Counted from the stretch's first letter, positions 14,446-30,650 are shown. The stretch: 64,000 bases of DNA from Chrysomallon squamiferum (GCA_012295275.1 CM022677.1:2294001-2358000); one strand, 5' to 3'. Program-made: numbers and translations. Notes: generated by a model from the sequence alone, not told the origin.

Positions 14446-14637
14446 CACAATTTTATACAAGCAAATTTCAACTTTAAAATATAAATACGCCAATGGTAAA
14501 AATGTTAATTTGAATGTGCCAGTTAACAGATGCTTACTTAAATATGCTAATTTAAAAATACTTTTATTCATTTAAATTCCGATATATATAATCTAGAAAT
14601 GATGAGCTTAAAATAATTAATAATTTTTAGAACATTC

Positions 14638-14838
14638 AGATCTTTAATTCATAGGGTGTGAAATAAAATCTAGAATGAGCTCGTGATATTTCAAATCACT
14701 GCTTGTCAGATATAGCTGCAAGTTTATAAGTAATCGTTTTCTGAATATTGAGATCTTTAATTCATAGGGTGTGAAATAAAATCTAGAATGAGCTCGTGAT
14801 ATTTCAAATCACTGTTTGTCAGATATAGCTGCAAGTTT
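14638..14838 (+). repeat. ~87-bp near-perfect direct repeat, ~113-bp offset
   Basis: agatctttaattcatagggtgtgaaataaaatctagaatgagctcgtgatatttcaaatcactg(c/t)ttgtcagatatagctgcaagttt occurs twice. Confidence 0.93.
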
Positions 14839-15214
14839 TTTCAGGTGGGAAATATTTTTAACATGATTAATCAGGCTGCATCACAGTTTCTGCATTCAAA
14901 ACTGATTTAATCCTGTAATAATGTGCTACTGTCTATTGCTTCTCAATTTTAAAGGACTTACTTATTTAAAACAAGAGTTGTGTTTTATACCTGTGGAATT
15001 TTCCAGTTGTGTTTCATGATGAATTTAAGTTCTATAGTTTTAAATGTGAAAGAAACAAATATTTCAAAGTAAAACTCATGAAAACTTCCTTCAGTAAAAA
15101 CCATGTTCTGTTTTTGTTACCAGAAACTGGTGGCAGGAATATTTTCTTCTTTTTTTTATTATTTTTATTATTGTATCTTTTTATTATTATTATTATGATT
15201 TGTATTATTTTATC

Positions 15215-15257
<43 letters not shown>

Positions 15258-16370
15258 TGTATTAATTAACCAGTTTTAAGTTTTAAAACTGTGATGAGCA
15301 ATCATGTCTCTACAATACACATGATCAGCAGTTCACAACAATTTCATTAATAAACAAACCTAAATTAACTTTTTACATTTTTACACACACCAAGAAAATC
15401 TCATCCCTAATAAAAGATAAATATATTAATAAAATTTGTTTCAATAAATTTCTTACAGAAATCCTTGAAGATGGTTTGCAGAAATGTATGGCTATAGAAC
15501 TAATGTTTGGTTTCACTGTTTTACTATTTGCATACATAATGGATGCATAATGATTATTCATAACTGTACAGATTTTTTTAAAGAAATTTTTAAAAGTGTA
15601 TTTCAGTTATCAAGTTAGAAACTAAACCATATACAAATCTCTAAGACATATCATTTTGAATAATTTTAGGTTGATGATAATATTAAGGACATTAATCCAG
15701 AAAACAATGTTATATAGGTAGAAAAATATTAGATTATATCTAAATGAAAATAATATCGATAAAATTTTACTACTTTCAGTTTTCATCTAAGTTAATGTAG
15801 TTTCATTTAGCTAAATGTAGTGCTATGTATACATATATCAATAAGATAATCTCTATCTTTTAAAATAAATTGTCATCATCATCATCAATCATCATCATCA
15901 TTATTATTATTATTATGATTATTATTATTATTGTTATTATTATTATTAGCTACATGAATATTTTTAATCTACTAAATACAGGACATGGTTTTATTTAGAT
16001 CTGTGTATTTGCCTACATTTAATAAACTGAGTTACACTAAATGTTTGTCATCTAGACAAGATAACTGTATAGTGAAATCCTGTGTGTCTAAATAACTGTA
16101 TAGTGAAATCCTGTGTGTCTAAATAACACTGTAAATTTTGGTCACATAATTTTACACTGTGGATCTCATAAAAGCTTGCATATTTATAACTGGGTTTGTT
16201 TGTTCTTGTGTATTTGTATATTATTTATTACAAGTCACAGACTTCTAAAATACATATTAACATTGATTTATTTTTGTAATGTTGTTTTTTCTTTCATTTT
16301 ATTACATTACATTGGAATGTGGGTTTTTCTTACTTAATTTTATTTGTTTCTGCTTTTTGAGTTGTGAGAA

Positions 16371-16421
<51 letters not shown>

Positions 16422-18080
16422 ACACTCACACAATGGCTTCCATATTTATTTTATTTATTGTGTGTTTTGTGTATTAAAAGTGATATATCTACCAGAGAAA
16501 TTTAATTCTGTAAAATACTTTAAATTTGAACACAAAAATGTTCTTTTATTATTATTATTTTTATTATTATTAAATTCTTTGCAAAGTTGTAAAATAATAT
16601 TCCTATCTTCATCATTATATTAATTTAATTTCTGACTGTCTTGACTTAAAAATATTAATTAACAATAATTAATAATATGTCAGATATAATAAGAAAACAA
16701 ATCACATTTATGAGTGAAATAAAAATAGATTTTAAAATAAGCTATAAATAATTGGTAAAATAGTAATAGTTAAATCTAATATTTTGGGTTGTTTCATGCT
16801 ATATATAGACTGCATAGATTAAATATTTTTTTTAATTAAATTGTCTTTTCCTTTCTGTTTTTTTTTTCTGTTTTTTTTTTTTTTTTTTTTCTTGATTCAC
16901 TATATTTTGAATTTAATTTTTTCGTTTTTATATATATATAAGCTTTTTCACTTTATTTATTTTATCATTTTTTTAATTATTTGTGCGTACATATCCAAAT
17001 GTGAGATATATCATCATCATAGGTTATTCCCCCTATCCTGATTTGCCCGCCCCTATTTTTTCTCACCATATTTTAATTCATAAAGCATTTTCACTGCATT
17101 TAATTGATTAAAAATGAACTTTTTCTCTCCATTTTCATATCAATTCACTACGATTCCAGTTATTGTTTGCATTGCCTGTAGATGTATGTATATATATATA
17201 TTTCACTTAATTTCGTCTAATTTTCATTATTATTTACAACCAATAGTTTTGAAATTTATGTTACATATTTTTATGATAACTTAAACAAAAAAAAAAAAAA
17301 TAATAATAATAATAATAATAATAATTGCTTGTGTCAAATATAATTCATATGGGGTGTTATCTGTAAGCCTGTAATATTATGCATAATTCTGTTTCTTATG
17401 TTTCATGTTTTCTTCTGTATGTGTATCACCGTGTGTGTGTCTAAATACAGCTCTGTGTATCTATCTAGAAATGTACTGTTGTTGTTTTTTCCTTTTTATT
17501 TTTTTTTCTCTAGGATATCTGTCTTGCTGTCTGTATCAACAATGTCATTAGTAATAATAGTAGTAGTAGTAGTAGTAGTAGTAGTTAGTTGTTGTAGGAA
17601 TAGAAGTCGCAGTAGTAATAATAATAACAACAACAATAATAATAATAATAATAATAATAATCAGACGAAGAAGAAGAAAAGCAAACACTAAAGCAGTAGT
17701 TTAATATATATGTATGTGCATGTGTGTATGAACATATTTGTGTGTAAATGTTGCTATACATATACTTGTGTATATGTATTTATACAGGAATCAATATTTT
17801 GTTCTGTTACGTTTAGAATGAGAAGAATCGGAATGAAGTGGTATGCATGTGGGTATATATACATATGTGTGTCGTATTTATGTGTCTGTGTACGTGGATA
17901 AAATTATTACTTAAATGTTCATATTCCTGCTATTATTGTTAGTGTTGTAAAATGATTAAACTGAGCAAAAAAAAAATTAACAACAACAAAAATCAGAATA
18001 ATTAAAATCAGAATAAATTAAAATATAATAAATAATAATAAAAAATACTTCAGATTGCGGGTCCGCCCATGTGCCCCTGC

Positions 18081-18235
18081 TACGTGAATAATGTGAATTG
18101 TTCCCTACTCAAACTAACTTGAACGTGCACACTAAATAAAGATGAAACATGATGGCTAAAACCCGGATTTAAAACACGTGTCTGTAGAGGTATCCAGTTT
18201 TTCATCTAGTCACGTTTTTAAAACATCGATTGAGG
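18081..18235 (+). repeat. Dispersed repeat, inverted partner at 45630-45765
   Basis: tgttccctactcaaactaacttgaacgtgcacact.aataaaga.gaaacatga...cccggatttaaaac...gaggtatccagttt matches the reverse complement of 45645-45760. Confidence 0.85.
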
Positions 18236-18836
18236 CTTGTTTTATTTTTTGGTTTGTTTTGTTTTTTTTTTTTTCTTTGCTTAACAATTTTCGTTTGTGC
18301 GGTTGTTTCTCTGATTATATTTTTATTTTGTATGTGTGTGTGTCTTTTTTCTTCTTTCCTTCTATTTATTTATTTGTTTGCATTAAGAGAGTAAATAAAT
18401 AATAATTAAAAAATTAAACTTAAAATTTCATGTCTAAGAGAGAATTTTATAAAATATGTCAAGCAGGATAAAAAGAAAAAGGAGAAGAATAGTTGAGAAT
18501 GCCAGGGATCCCCAGAACACTCATCTGTATTAGCTGTTAATAATAAATTTATAATAAATCTCAACAGTGAACTACTTTGTACTACACTGATATTATACAC
18601 ATTAATTATATTATACATACAGACATACATACTTACATACAGTTAGGTGAATATATTCAGACAAAGAAATCATGAAACAATGTAAAATAGTTTAAAATTT
18701 AAATGAAATAAAGACAGAATAATTTTATTTATCATATAAATATTTTATTGCAGTTTTGTTAAACAAGTATATTTTAAATAGCACACCAGTCTTTCAAATA
18801 AACCAGTTTACAAAACAATAGAATAGTTTAGATGTA

Positions 18837-18908
<72 letters not shown>

Positions 18909-19148
18909 AAAAATGGGTGAAAATTTCATAAGTAAATCAGTTTGTTTTAAAGTGAAATCTATTTTGTAACTTAGCAAGGTTAAACGATAAAGTAATTAAT
19001 GAAAAAAAAAATTAAAATAATAAACAAATTAACTAAATTAATTACTTTACAATAAATAAATAACTAATTTTCTGTTTATTTATTAGAAAGAAATGTCTGT
19101 GGATTTTCAACTTCAAAACAATTAAGTGAAACTAAGTTAGCAGACCAT

Positions 19149-21018
19149 TTACTTTTTACACCAAGTAAATATTTTTATTTCATTGCACTGTGCCACGTAG
19201 ATATTGTTGTCATCACAACAGACAGACAAAGGTACGGACAGTCCATCCTGGTCAGTGAGGATGTCACGTGTAATGTTACCATCTCGCGACAACTGAACAA
19301 CACAATTACTATTAAAATCACAAACAAAAATATTTCCATCCCTGTCACATGTAACACCTGTAAAGTCTCTTAGTTTGTCTGAATCACGTGACACCCATTT
19401 GACGTCACCTGATGACGTCACACAAACTAAACTCTTTACATTTGACACAACAATCAGACATTGATCGTGAACTGTGAGACGTGACGGTTCGGGGATCAAA
19501 TTTGTTGAGATAGAATTAATGAGCTGACCACTGTCTGTCAGTATGTCCAAGCACTGATTATCAAACAACACAGTGACCGCGAGACGGTTGCCAGGTAACA
19601 CAGCGATATAGTGATACCCTTTAAAAGTTTTAACTGTTTTTATCAGTTTGAAGTTTTCCAAATTTAAAAACAATATTTTACTTTCATCTGGCACAGCAAC
19701 AACAACAACAACATCATCCCGCTGATCACGTGATTCAGCAAGACCCCATGGTTCAAAGGAAGTGTTGTATCTGTTTATCAGTGATTTTCTTTCTAAACAA
19801 AAACATTTTACACAGACATTGTACAAATCACTAACAACAATTTTACTTTTGTCTGCACCTGACAGCAGCATGGAAACTGGGCCAGGATTTTCGTTATCTT
19901 GTTGTGTTTCTGTGGTAATGGTGTCTGTGTGTTTGAGTGTGTCTGTTTGGATGTTTGTGGATATTTCTCCAATGTGGACTGAAATTTCTGCCTTTTTGTC
20001 AGATTTTATCAGATTTATTTTAAACTTTGCTTTTTCTATTCGCGAACGAGATTTGGACAGAAACTCGGAAGTTGTGTTTTGAAGTTTGGTGAATTTCGAA
20101 ATGTTAATTTTTATATCTGACTCTGATTTTCTTGTCAGCAAATCTTCCCCCAATTTTATCATTAATTCGTTTTCCTCAATCAGATGTTTGTGTTCATTGA
20201 ATAATTTGTCTATTTCTGATTTTACAAAGTTCTGAGAATTTTCTATTTGTCTTATTAACCTTTTTTGTTCTTTGTGGACTGCAGCAGTAAAATCTGTGAT
20301 TAGTGTGTTACCAATCCTTCTGACCTCTTCTGCAGTGTCCACGACGTTGGTGTCGACGGCTTGGCGAAGTTGCTCAATCATATCATCCATCTCTGTCTGA
20401 AGAATTTCTTTAAAGGTTTTGAGACTTTCAGAAACAGAACTGAGAAGTGAAATGTGATCTTCCTTTTGAGCTGAAATAAATAAATAACATAATAAATAAA
20501 TAAATAAATAAATAATCAGTCAATTAATTAATTAATTAATAAAGATATGCCTACAATGTGAAGTTTTTGAATTTATGTTATCAGCTACTTTAAAAATCTG
20601 AGTTGAAAAATAACACAAATAAAGTTTCCTCTATTTCTTTAGGTTGTCAGGGTTAATATACGGCATAAATATCTTTAGTTAAACAAACATTTTTTTTTTT
20701 TTTTTTTTTTAATATTTTATTCTAACGAATACAAACATAACACTGCTGACTCACAATTAGCGGCGTCCTGTAGTGAAAGGTTTATAGGGAATTGATCTGC
20801 CCATGTATACACTGGTTTCGTGCTGTCTGGATGTGGACATCCTGCCTGCACAACGGGCAGGTGATTTTTATGTCGTTGTTATCGTAATTGTAACTGATGT
20901 AGTTCTGCAGGCATTCGGTGCACAACGAATGTCCACAGTTTAAAATCCGCGGCTTCTTGAAAAGTTCGGCACAAATGCAGCACGAAAAATTATCATCAGA
21001 GTTTGCTGCTGTTGCCAT
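19149..21018 (-). pseudogene. RING / coiled-coil / NHL beta-propeller E3 ligase (TRIM2/TRIM3-like), coding exons 21018-20755 and 20470-19149, one frameshift after the RING
   Basis: C3HC4 RING CCIC...CGHSLCTEC...CPLCR. A shifted frame continues HPDSTKPVYTWADQFPINLSLQDAAN|gtgagt and joins in phase 1 to tttcag|(S)QKEDH..., which is in frame with the 413-aa ORF (heptad region, then NHL-like FTGVTCDRDGNIFVCDFNSNCVVQL, PLSVCCD). The frameshift near 20830-20836 could be an assembly error. Confidence 0.85.
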
Positions 21019-21132
21019 ATCTGTTAATGAATAACAATAACAATAAATAAATAACAATAATAACAACAGCAACAACATAGAAGAATCAGAGAAGATAAAA
21101 AGGAAAATACAGAGAAAGAAAAATGTAACTAA

Positions 21133-21227
<95 letters not shown>

Positions 21228-21954
21228 CAATAAGAGATAACAAGAATAGCAGTTAAAACAGCTGACTGGAGGACAAAATTAAAAGATTTTTGAATCAAAA
21301 CAACAAACAAATAAAAGTAAAGAAACAATTCACACAAAAAATAAAAATGAAATATCAATTCCGTTTACTTCAAAGGGCCAACGGAATATACAAATAAATA
21401 AATAAATGAAATGATAAAATAAATAAATAAACGTGCGAATTTAATTATAAAAAATAAATGCTATTTAAGCTACTCATTTATTCATTCATTTATTAGTTTT
21501 ATTTTGTTTGTAAGAAAATAAAAGAACTATTAAAGTGAATTACAAACTTGCTAAATTTAACCTTGTGACGTAAGTTGAGAAGGAAAACGACAGTTCTACT
21601 GTAATACGTTATAAGAAACAAAGCATGGAATAAATAAATAAATAAATAAACATTTGTGACCTGTCCATGAATGATGCAAGGTAATTTCGCACACTACTAT
21701 TTCGGCCTATGCTACGTAACCAAGCTCACTCATTTTCATGATAAAACTCGAATGTAGACAATGAAAGAAACGTGACATTCACAGAAGTAATGTATTCAGT
21801 GTAATAACAACGAAACATTTCATAGTAAACGAATGAATTTCTGATTGCTGCTGAACATTATTATATTAACGTCGAACTTAACAAATGTTTTGATCTGCAG
21901 TTAAATGGCTTCATTCATTGATAAAGTAATCGAGAAAGATAAATGTGACAACAC

Positions 21955-22000
21955 ATCGCCAGACACTACTTTTCTCTGACCACTGAGCCACACCCTCCAC
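21955..22000 (-). mobile_element. tRNA-derived SINE head remnant
   Basis: Minus strand gtgtggctcagtggtcagag resembles a Pol III A-box. Confidence 0.3.
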
Positions 22001-22107
22001 TCTAACACAAAACAATTTTGTACAGAAATTTTATTATGAAAATAACCTAGATTACCGTTTTATTTTATGATATCTTACACTAACGAAATAAAAAGAAAAA
22101 AATCATA

Positions 22108-22151
<44 letters not shown>

Positions 22152-22158
22152 TTCTTAC

Positions 22159-22345
22159 CTTTGTCTTAAGAAATGAAAATGTTAACACCTGCAAACAATT
22201 CTCTTCTATTCGTCTGCAATGTCAGTTTACTGGCTGAGAAGACAGTTTTGACAGACGTCAGTCGGTGAGTGGAATATACCAATATCAATAAAGGGGTGGA
22301 AGCCTTGAAATTTTCTAGAACACTTTTGTTTCTTCTGAGAAAAAA
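22159..22345 (-). promoter_or_regulatory. Probable non-coding exon 1 and proximal promoter of the TRIM-like gene
   Basis: Strong donor aag|gtaaga at 22159/22158 pairs with the acceptor ttaacag| at 21021, 2 nt before the ATG. TGACGTC at 22254-22260 and TTCTGAGAA at 22333-22341 lie upstream. Confidence 0.45.
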
Positions 22346-23282
22346 TAATCGTGAAAGTTTTTAATTCTTGTGATAAAGTAAACAGCAGTAAAAGTAACAA
22401 CTACCTTAACATAGTTCGTGCAGTTCATTAATTTTTTAAAATGCGTGATATAGTCTATCACACATGTGGTAATAATGACACAGCAACTGGTTTGTAGAAG
22501 GTCGGAAACATTTAGCCGTCAAAATTACTTCTTCTTTAAACTTGAATAGTATCAGGTTTTTTCGTAAGATATATAAATAAACTATAATAATGAAAAACAT
22601 GATACAAGGTGAATATATGATTTTAGTCAGGTACATACAATGGTAATAAAACAATAGTAATATATATTCCTTTATTATATAAATTTTATTTCGTTCTATT
22701 TAAGATAAATAAATGAATAAATAAAGACAGAAAGAAAGAAAGAAGCGATTAAATTCACGAAATTATAATATTATATATTTTATTATTTAGCTAAACCAAG
22801 CAAGTATATTTCTGTTTGAATCAGACAGCAATTCTCAAAAGTTTGGAAATAGGCAATTAAACAGGGGATTGAATATTATGTCAGCAGTAACACATATACG
22901 TAACAAAATAGTTTTCTAAGTATTTTAATTTAACACGTTGCAGTTTACCTTAAGTATTTGTTAGAAAGGTGTTAACTTTCATATCATTCTTAATTCACAT
23001 ATGTGTGTGTGTATATATATATATATATGAGAATAGTGTCTCTGAATAAAACCGTCACACTTTTGTCATCTTGTTGATATTGTGAATAAATGTTTTGTTG
23101 AAACAGATTATCTGAAAAACATGAGTACAAAAACGTCCTACAGACCAGTATGAATAATACAAGTTATCGCTTCGCTGGTTTTCATAGCCTTTCAGTTAGC
23201 TCGTTCATATAGTGATGATAAACGATGCAGTACAAAGTCAAAGTATTTTCCAATATCAGTGTTTCCAATATCAAATAGTTTA

Positions 23283-23314
<32 letters not shown>

Positions 23315-25539
23315 GTTTGGATAGAAGATTTACTAACAACATTACTACCTATCCATAACAAAAAATTATACTCTACAAAACTGTTATTAAAAACTGATGA
23401 AATTTTGTCTTCTTATTTAACCTGATTGTATTCTGTTCCAACCACTGTCTCACGTCATGAGATCAGATAATTATTAACGAGTTTCTTTTTATCCACACAG
23501 TGGAAAACATAAAGACATAATAATAATAATAATAATAATATAATAATATAATAATAACAACAACAACAGTAGCAGCGACAAGGACAATAAGATTAATAAC
23601 AACAACCACAACAACAACAACAATAATAATACCAAAAGTAATAGTAATGACAACAATAAAGAAATAATAACAATAACTGTTTGAACAGTAACAGCAACGA
23701 CACAAAAACAGCTTCAGTGATAACAACGCCTTCAGCTGTGTTGTGACAGTGTTAGTTTTGATTCCCGTTTCATGTTTGTTTTCAGCATTTTTTTATTTTA
23801 GTTTTTCTCTTTCTTTGGTTCCCTCGTTAGATCAGTCCTCATTTTGTTCGTTCGTTTGCTCATTTTTATTTAATTTGTTTTATTTATGCACCATTATATC
23901 TCTCTACTTATCGGTTACGAAGTGTTGGAAAACTGCAACCAAATTGAACAAAAAATAAAAATAAAAATAAAAATAAATAATTAAATAGAATGAGATGACC
24001 ATATATGGCAACTGCTGCCTTTAATTTAAGGGATGGAGGAGACATTGCAAGATCTTAAACAATTGCTAGTGAAGTTAGGGAAACTGGTCGTGGGTTTTTT
24101 CTGTATTGGTTTGATGGTTTTCGTTTTACAATTTTTATTATGATTTGTTTTATGATCCTGATGAGTTTGTCCGCCAGAGTTACCATGTTGTAAATGTTAA
24201 CATTGCTATATCAGGAATTACCTAATATTAAAGCTCTTGAATTGGAAACATCGTCTTGTTTGTTTATTCCATACATATTACTCATGTATATTATACAAAC
24301 ATACAGCTATCTAAGAGAACCGCTTGCTTCCCCTCCCCATTGCATTTAGTGTTAGAAGTGGGATTATAAAGCAATTAGGATTGAACTCTGGTATTTGTAA
24401 ATAGCTGAAAGACAACCAATACCCTCACCTGACCAGGCATACAGAAGATTTGATGTTGATGATTAGGCGAGACTACATGCTTTACGACACGAGATTCACA
24501 CCTGAAGAGAGATATCTGATCTGCATGATTCTAAAGTTATCCAAGAACATTTAAACGTTTTTTTCACATGAATAACGACATATTTATATAATTAGTATGT
24601 TAGTATTCACGTTAATATTAAGTTCAGTATGTGGATATTGTAAAAATTTGTTCCGGTCTACCTGTAATTTGGATTATTAAGATATCTTTTATTTTTTAGT
24701 ATATTTCTTTGAATATTAATTCATAAGTTAATAGGGTGCATGGAGCTTTGGAGAAATGAACAAGTAAAGGAACTATGAACATGTTCATTTCAGATAATTT
24801 AACGATAAATCAAATTTTCTTTTCTTCTATAGTCACTGAAATGCAGTACAATTGCGCTTTTCGGAAATCTTTAATTCTATTTTTAAGTAAAGTATTTCTA
24901 CGTTTAAACGCTTTATTTTCCAAAGAGCGTTATCTTTTTGTGGCGTGTCCATAACGTCTTCATAGTTTAACGCAATAAATACAGTTTTATTTTACAGTAA
25001 TTTAGTTGTTGACTTTTTTTTTTAGCAGAAACATTTACCATAATTTTCATCCGTACTGTAACATTGCTCATCCAAGTATGTTTCTTTGCCACAGTGACAA
25101 CATTTTCAGGTGATTAGACAGTGCAGAAATTGACGCGTTTAAACAATTTAACATGTGTTGCTGGGGCGTTGAATGCTTGCCAACATGATTAGTTGATTCC
25201 TTATTGTGCAACATTATTGAGCAATAGGCTTTTATTAATTGAATTTTAGTTGCTTTTTAATGTAGTATTGAAGTAAACATTTAGAAGCTTGTTTCTGTCT
25301 ATGTAACAGCTTAGTTAGAAAACTGTTTGATAAATTATGTCCAATTATTTTTTTTTCCCTAAAGGTAAGTATTTATGCCATAAAAATACAAACTTTCAAA
25401 AGTATGTTATAATATAAAAGAAAGTAAATAAAAAATAAATAAAATAAAATAAAAAAAAAAAAATAAAATAAAAGACATGCTGGTATAATTTTTCACTTCC
25501 TATTGCTTTGTTTTGTATTGTTGTATTATTATTATTATC

Positions 25540-25604
<65 letters not shown>

Positions 25605-26479
25605 ACACAAACACACACACACTCAAAACTATACAAAGCAAAGAAAAATACAAAACACTGAATTATATAAAAAATATAAAAAATAAAAAATAATCTTAGT
25701 TTGACCAACTAAGTTGTTACACTGTAACGATGAGGTAGTAACATCCACATCGTACCAGACGTTATTCAGTGTTCCTTACACACGTTATTTTTTCTGACAA
25801 ATAATTAAACTATACTTAAAAATTCAGAAATTAAAGCTCGACCAACCCATTTATCATTATTACTATGACTGTTGTTGTTACGAGAAATACAGTTAAGGTT
25901 ATAACCGTCTCATTATTTTAAATTTTAAAATTCTTTGTTGTTATTATTTTAGTTGTTGTTGTTGCTGTTGTTCTAGCAGTACAATAAGAAGGTTTATTAT
26001 GATTGCAGTCGGAACTATATAGAAAAATGGAGACTCATGTGTAGTTTAGAAATAGCTGGGTATTACTCTTTTTTCTTCTTCTTCTGTTTTTCGGATGTAT
26101 ATTATTTCGTTATGAATTAGGAGTTCATTAGAAATGGTAGAATGATCAAATTAATTAATTAATTAAAATTTCAAATAAAAATAAAAATAAGAAAAAGAAT
26201 AATAACAACAACAACAATAACCACAATAATAACTAGATAATTTTAACAACACCAAACAAATTGCATAATAATGGTGACACATCAATTAACAACTGGATTG
26301 GTGTGAAAAACATATACTCTTCATTAAAAAGTAGGGAACTCTAATAAGAAATTACAATTGTAAAACAATTGTAAGGTATAATAGCTGCGTGGAATAACAA
26401 CGAATTACTTGGTCAAACATTACAACTGGTAATTCAGTATTTCAGGACGACTGGGGTCAGAGAAGAAATTTGAAATTTG

Positions 26480-26745
26480 AAATGCTACCACCACGATGTG
26501 TAAGACATTCATTCAGTGGACAAGGCAGACTGCGTACAAGTCTCCCAGTGGTCATTTGACTGCGTTTGTTCCACTGCTCTTGCCTCGGTAGTACTTCCCA
26601 GAGATGTCCCTTCTTTGCACAATATGGATTGGATGTACTGACAGTTACAGATACACCTCCCCATACGATAACCCGTCCACGGCTAAATCTATCATTAATC
26701 GAATTTTTGAGTTTGCGTGTCTTTCATTTCGACCGTGCATGAGAA
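26480..26745 (-). mobile_element. Tc1/mariner transposase remnant with internal deletion
   Basis: Minus strand DRFSRGRVIVWGGVSV (cf. Tc1 DRFGGGSVMVWGGIS) and C-terminal EQWNKRSQMTTGRLVRSLPCPLNECLTHRGG. Confidence 0.8.
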
Positions 26746-26823
26746 GCTGAGCTGCAGCAGCCGAGCCCTGTTGTGTCTTCTTATCTAAGAATCATACGTA
26801 ACTATTTTTGAAACTTTGGAAAA

Positions 26824-27806
<983 letters not shown>

Positions 27807-28559
27807 GACAAACACACAAATACGTGGTATAATATACCCGCTTGAAGAGAACTTTGACCATCTCGTGATGGAGATAAAACTCAGGTGAGGTATGACATTC
27901 TCAAACCATTGTCTTATTTAGTAAACTGATAATTATTTACGTCAAATAAGAAAGATTACTAATCAACAATACACAATTATCTTTTCTCTTTAACATGAAA
28001 TACAACATCGAGGTCCGAGCTTGTTTAAATAATGGGAGGGGTGTGGTATTTGTATAGTTACTTATTACAACCACTGTTACCTGTAATATTACAGCTACTA
28101 CAACATTTTTGTAACATTCTCACTGCTGTTAACTTGTATTACATTTTACAAATAGAACAAACAACAGCTACTACTACAACCATTATTACTAGTGTTACTA
28201 GTACTATTATTACTAAAACAGCTAATAGTACTATTGCTGCTACAGCTTTACTACTACTACTAATATCAATAGCACTAAACTATTATTAGTCCTCCAGTTA
28301 CTTTAACTACTGTTACTATATTTGATAAAACTACTTCTAATTCTACGACTGTCAATACTTCTACTATTAGCTGCTACTATTATTACTGCCATTACTATCA
28401 TTATTAATACTGCACGTGTGAATACTACACCTGCTGCTACACCTTTACTACTACAACTGCTACTACAGCTACTACTGTAACTATTACAATAACAACTGCT
28501 ATTTCTAAGCTTGTAATTTATCATCAATGTTTTTTAATAATATTAACAATATCATTTGT

Positions 28560-29278
28560 TTACTCTGTTTATATTTAGTTATGTATGTTCAAGTCGTGTA
28601 TAATTAATTTATTACTAAAACACGTGTCAGTGATAACATGACTTACTAATCTGTGGTGTCAAGAGCAATGTTTACTAGGCTAACTTAAATTGATTGTATA
28701 GAGATAAACTCAGTACAAGTCAGCGTTTCACACTCACGCACACACACACACAATAAATAAATAAAATTACAATAGAAAACGTATGATTTTGTGAGAATTC
28801 TGTGGAATGTTTTTCAAATTATTATTTTATTATTACTACTATTATTATTAAAAATTATTATGATTATTATTACTAATTATTATTATTATTATTATTATTT
28901 TATTATTATTATTATTATAATTATTATTATTATTATTATTATTATTATGTAGCATATAGCCCGCGTGTGTTTAGATTTGTCTGTCATGTTGGCAAGGTTC
29001 AGTTTCAATCAAAAAACTTTATTGTTAGATGCTGCCTTTCTGGTGGACTTAAAATTAAAAAGGTTTAACTCATAATAATAATAATAATAATAATACTAAT
29101 ATATAATAAATGAAATTTCTGAATGAAAAATTAAGACAACGACAATTAAAAGTCATACACATACATATACACGCACACAAATACACACAGACACAATCGC
29201 AGACACACAATATTATATTAATATAAAAATATATCCATACCCTAAGAATATTACTACTGCTGTTATAACTACTAGTCT

Positions 29279-29319
<41 letters not shown>

Positions 29320-29592
29320 TATCTACTACTATTATTGTTACTTATACCACTGCTAATGTTAAAACAAATGCTAATGCTGTGGTTGCATGTAAAATCTAAA
29401 TTGTTCTGTAAATTTTAATTTCATTGTGATAAAATTGTAAATCGTCTGAAATTGCCAAAGTCATATTTTTTATCTAATAAAATTTAGTTGCATTTGAATT
29501 AACTATATTACATATTGTAAATTCGATTATTTCTACGATCAGGGTTTGAAATAGTTGTTATCTGTGTTCAGTTTGTTAACTTGTTATTAAAA

Positions 29593-29675
<83 letters not shown>

Positions 29676-30461
29676 TATTATTATTAATATTTCTCAACAA
29701 ATGATGTGCTATTAAATAAAATATATATATCTATGTCCATTTATTTATTTGTTTTCATTTTCTAAGGTAAATTAGAATCACCAGCTAGCAGTCGACGTTT
29801 TTTCACTTCGGGTCAAATCAGTGCGTTTGTGATTTTTATCTTACATTTATCTTGACAGCGATTTACTTTACTGAACCTAAGAATTCATATTAAATCAAAT
29901 ACGCACGCGCACTCACACACTCACAATATCATTTTTTACTAACATATATGCATGTATGTATAAGTGTGTGTGAATTCGCACACAAACATATACACACGCA
30001 TATGTTTATATTTATTGCTGCATATATGTATGTTTGTATATATCTGTGTGTGTGTGTGAGTGTGTGTGTGTGTGTGTGGGTGTGTTGTAGTCAAGCAGCC
30101 GTTATCTCTTCCCCCTCTTCCAGATTCTAAAATTATTACAAACTGCTAAAACATCATGAACATAGCTGAATGTTACTGTTTATAAGAAAAAGTAATATTC
30201 GGGTCTGTATGGCTTATGCGACAACAGAAAATAATCAGAATGTCTAATAGTAAAATTTCCCTATTGTAACTAATTTTCTGACAATTCAGTGAGAGTACAG
30301 ACCTTTCTGTCTCCAACAATCTGCTGACCGCGTGACTGACCCAGATAAAACACTTCTTAAAATAAATCTTTAACCTTTGTTGTATTCAAGATAACACTAG
30401 GTACAGAGGAAACACTTGGTTTAATGGTTTAATGTAAATTAAAATATTTGAAATAAAATTC

Positions 30462-30502
<41 letters not shown>

Positions 30503-30650
30503 TCCTTTATGATCAAATCTTTGTATATTGTCATCTCTGTTCAGCTTGTTATTGAAACACGTGTTAGATATAACATGACCTACTAATCTGTTTTGCCAAG
30601 ACTAAAGTTGATTAAATATAGATAAAGATTATTTTAGTACAAAGTCAACT

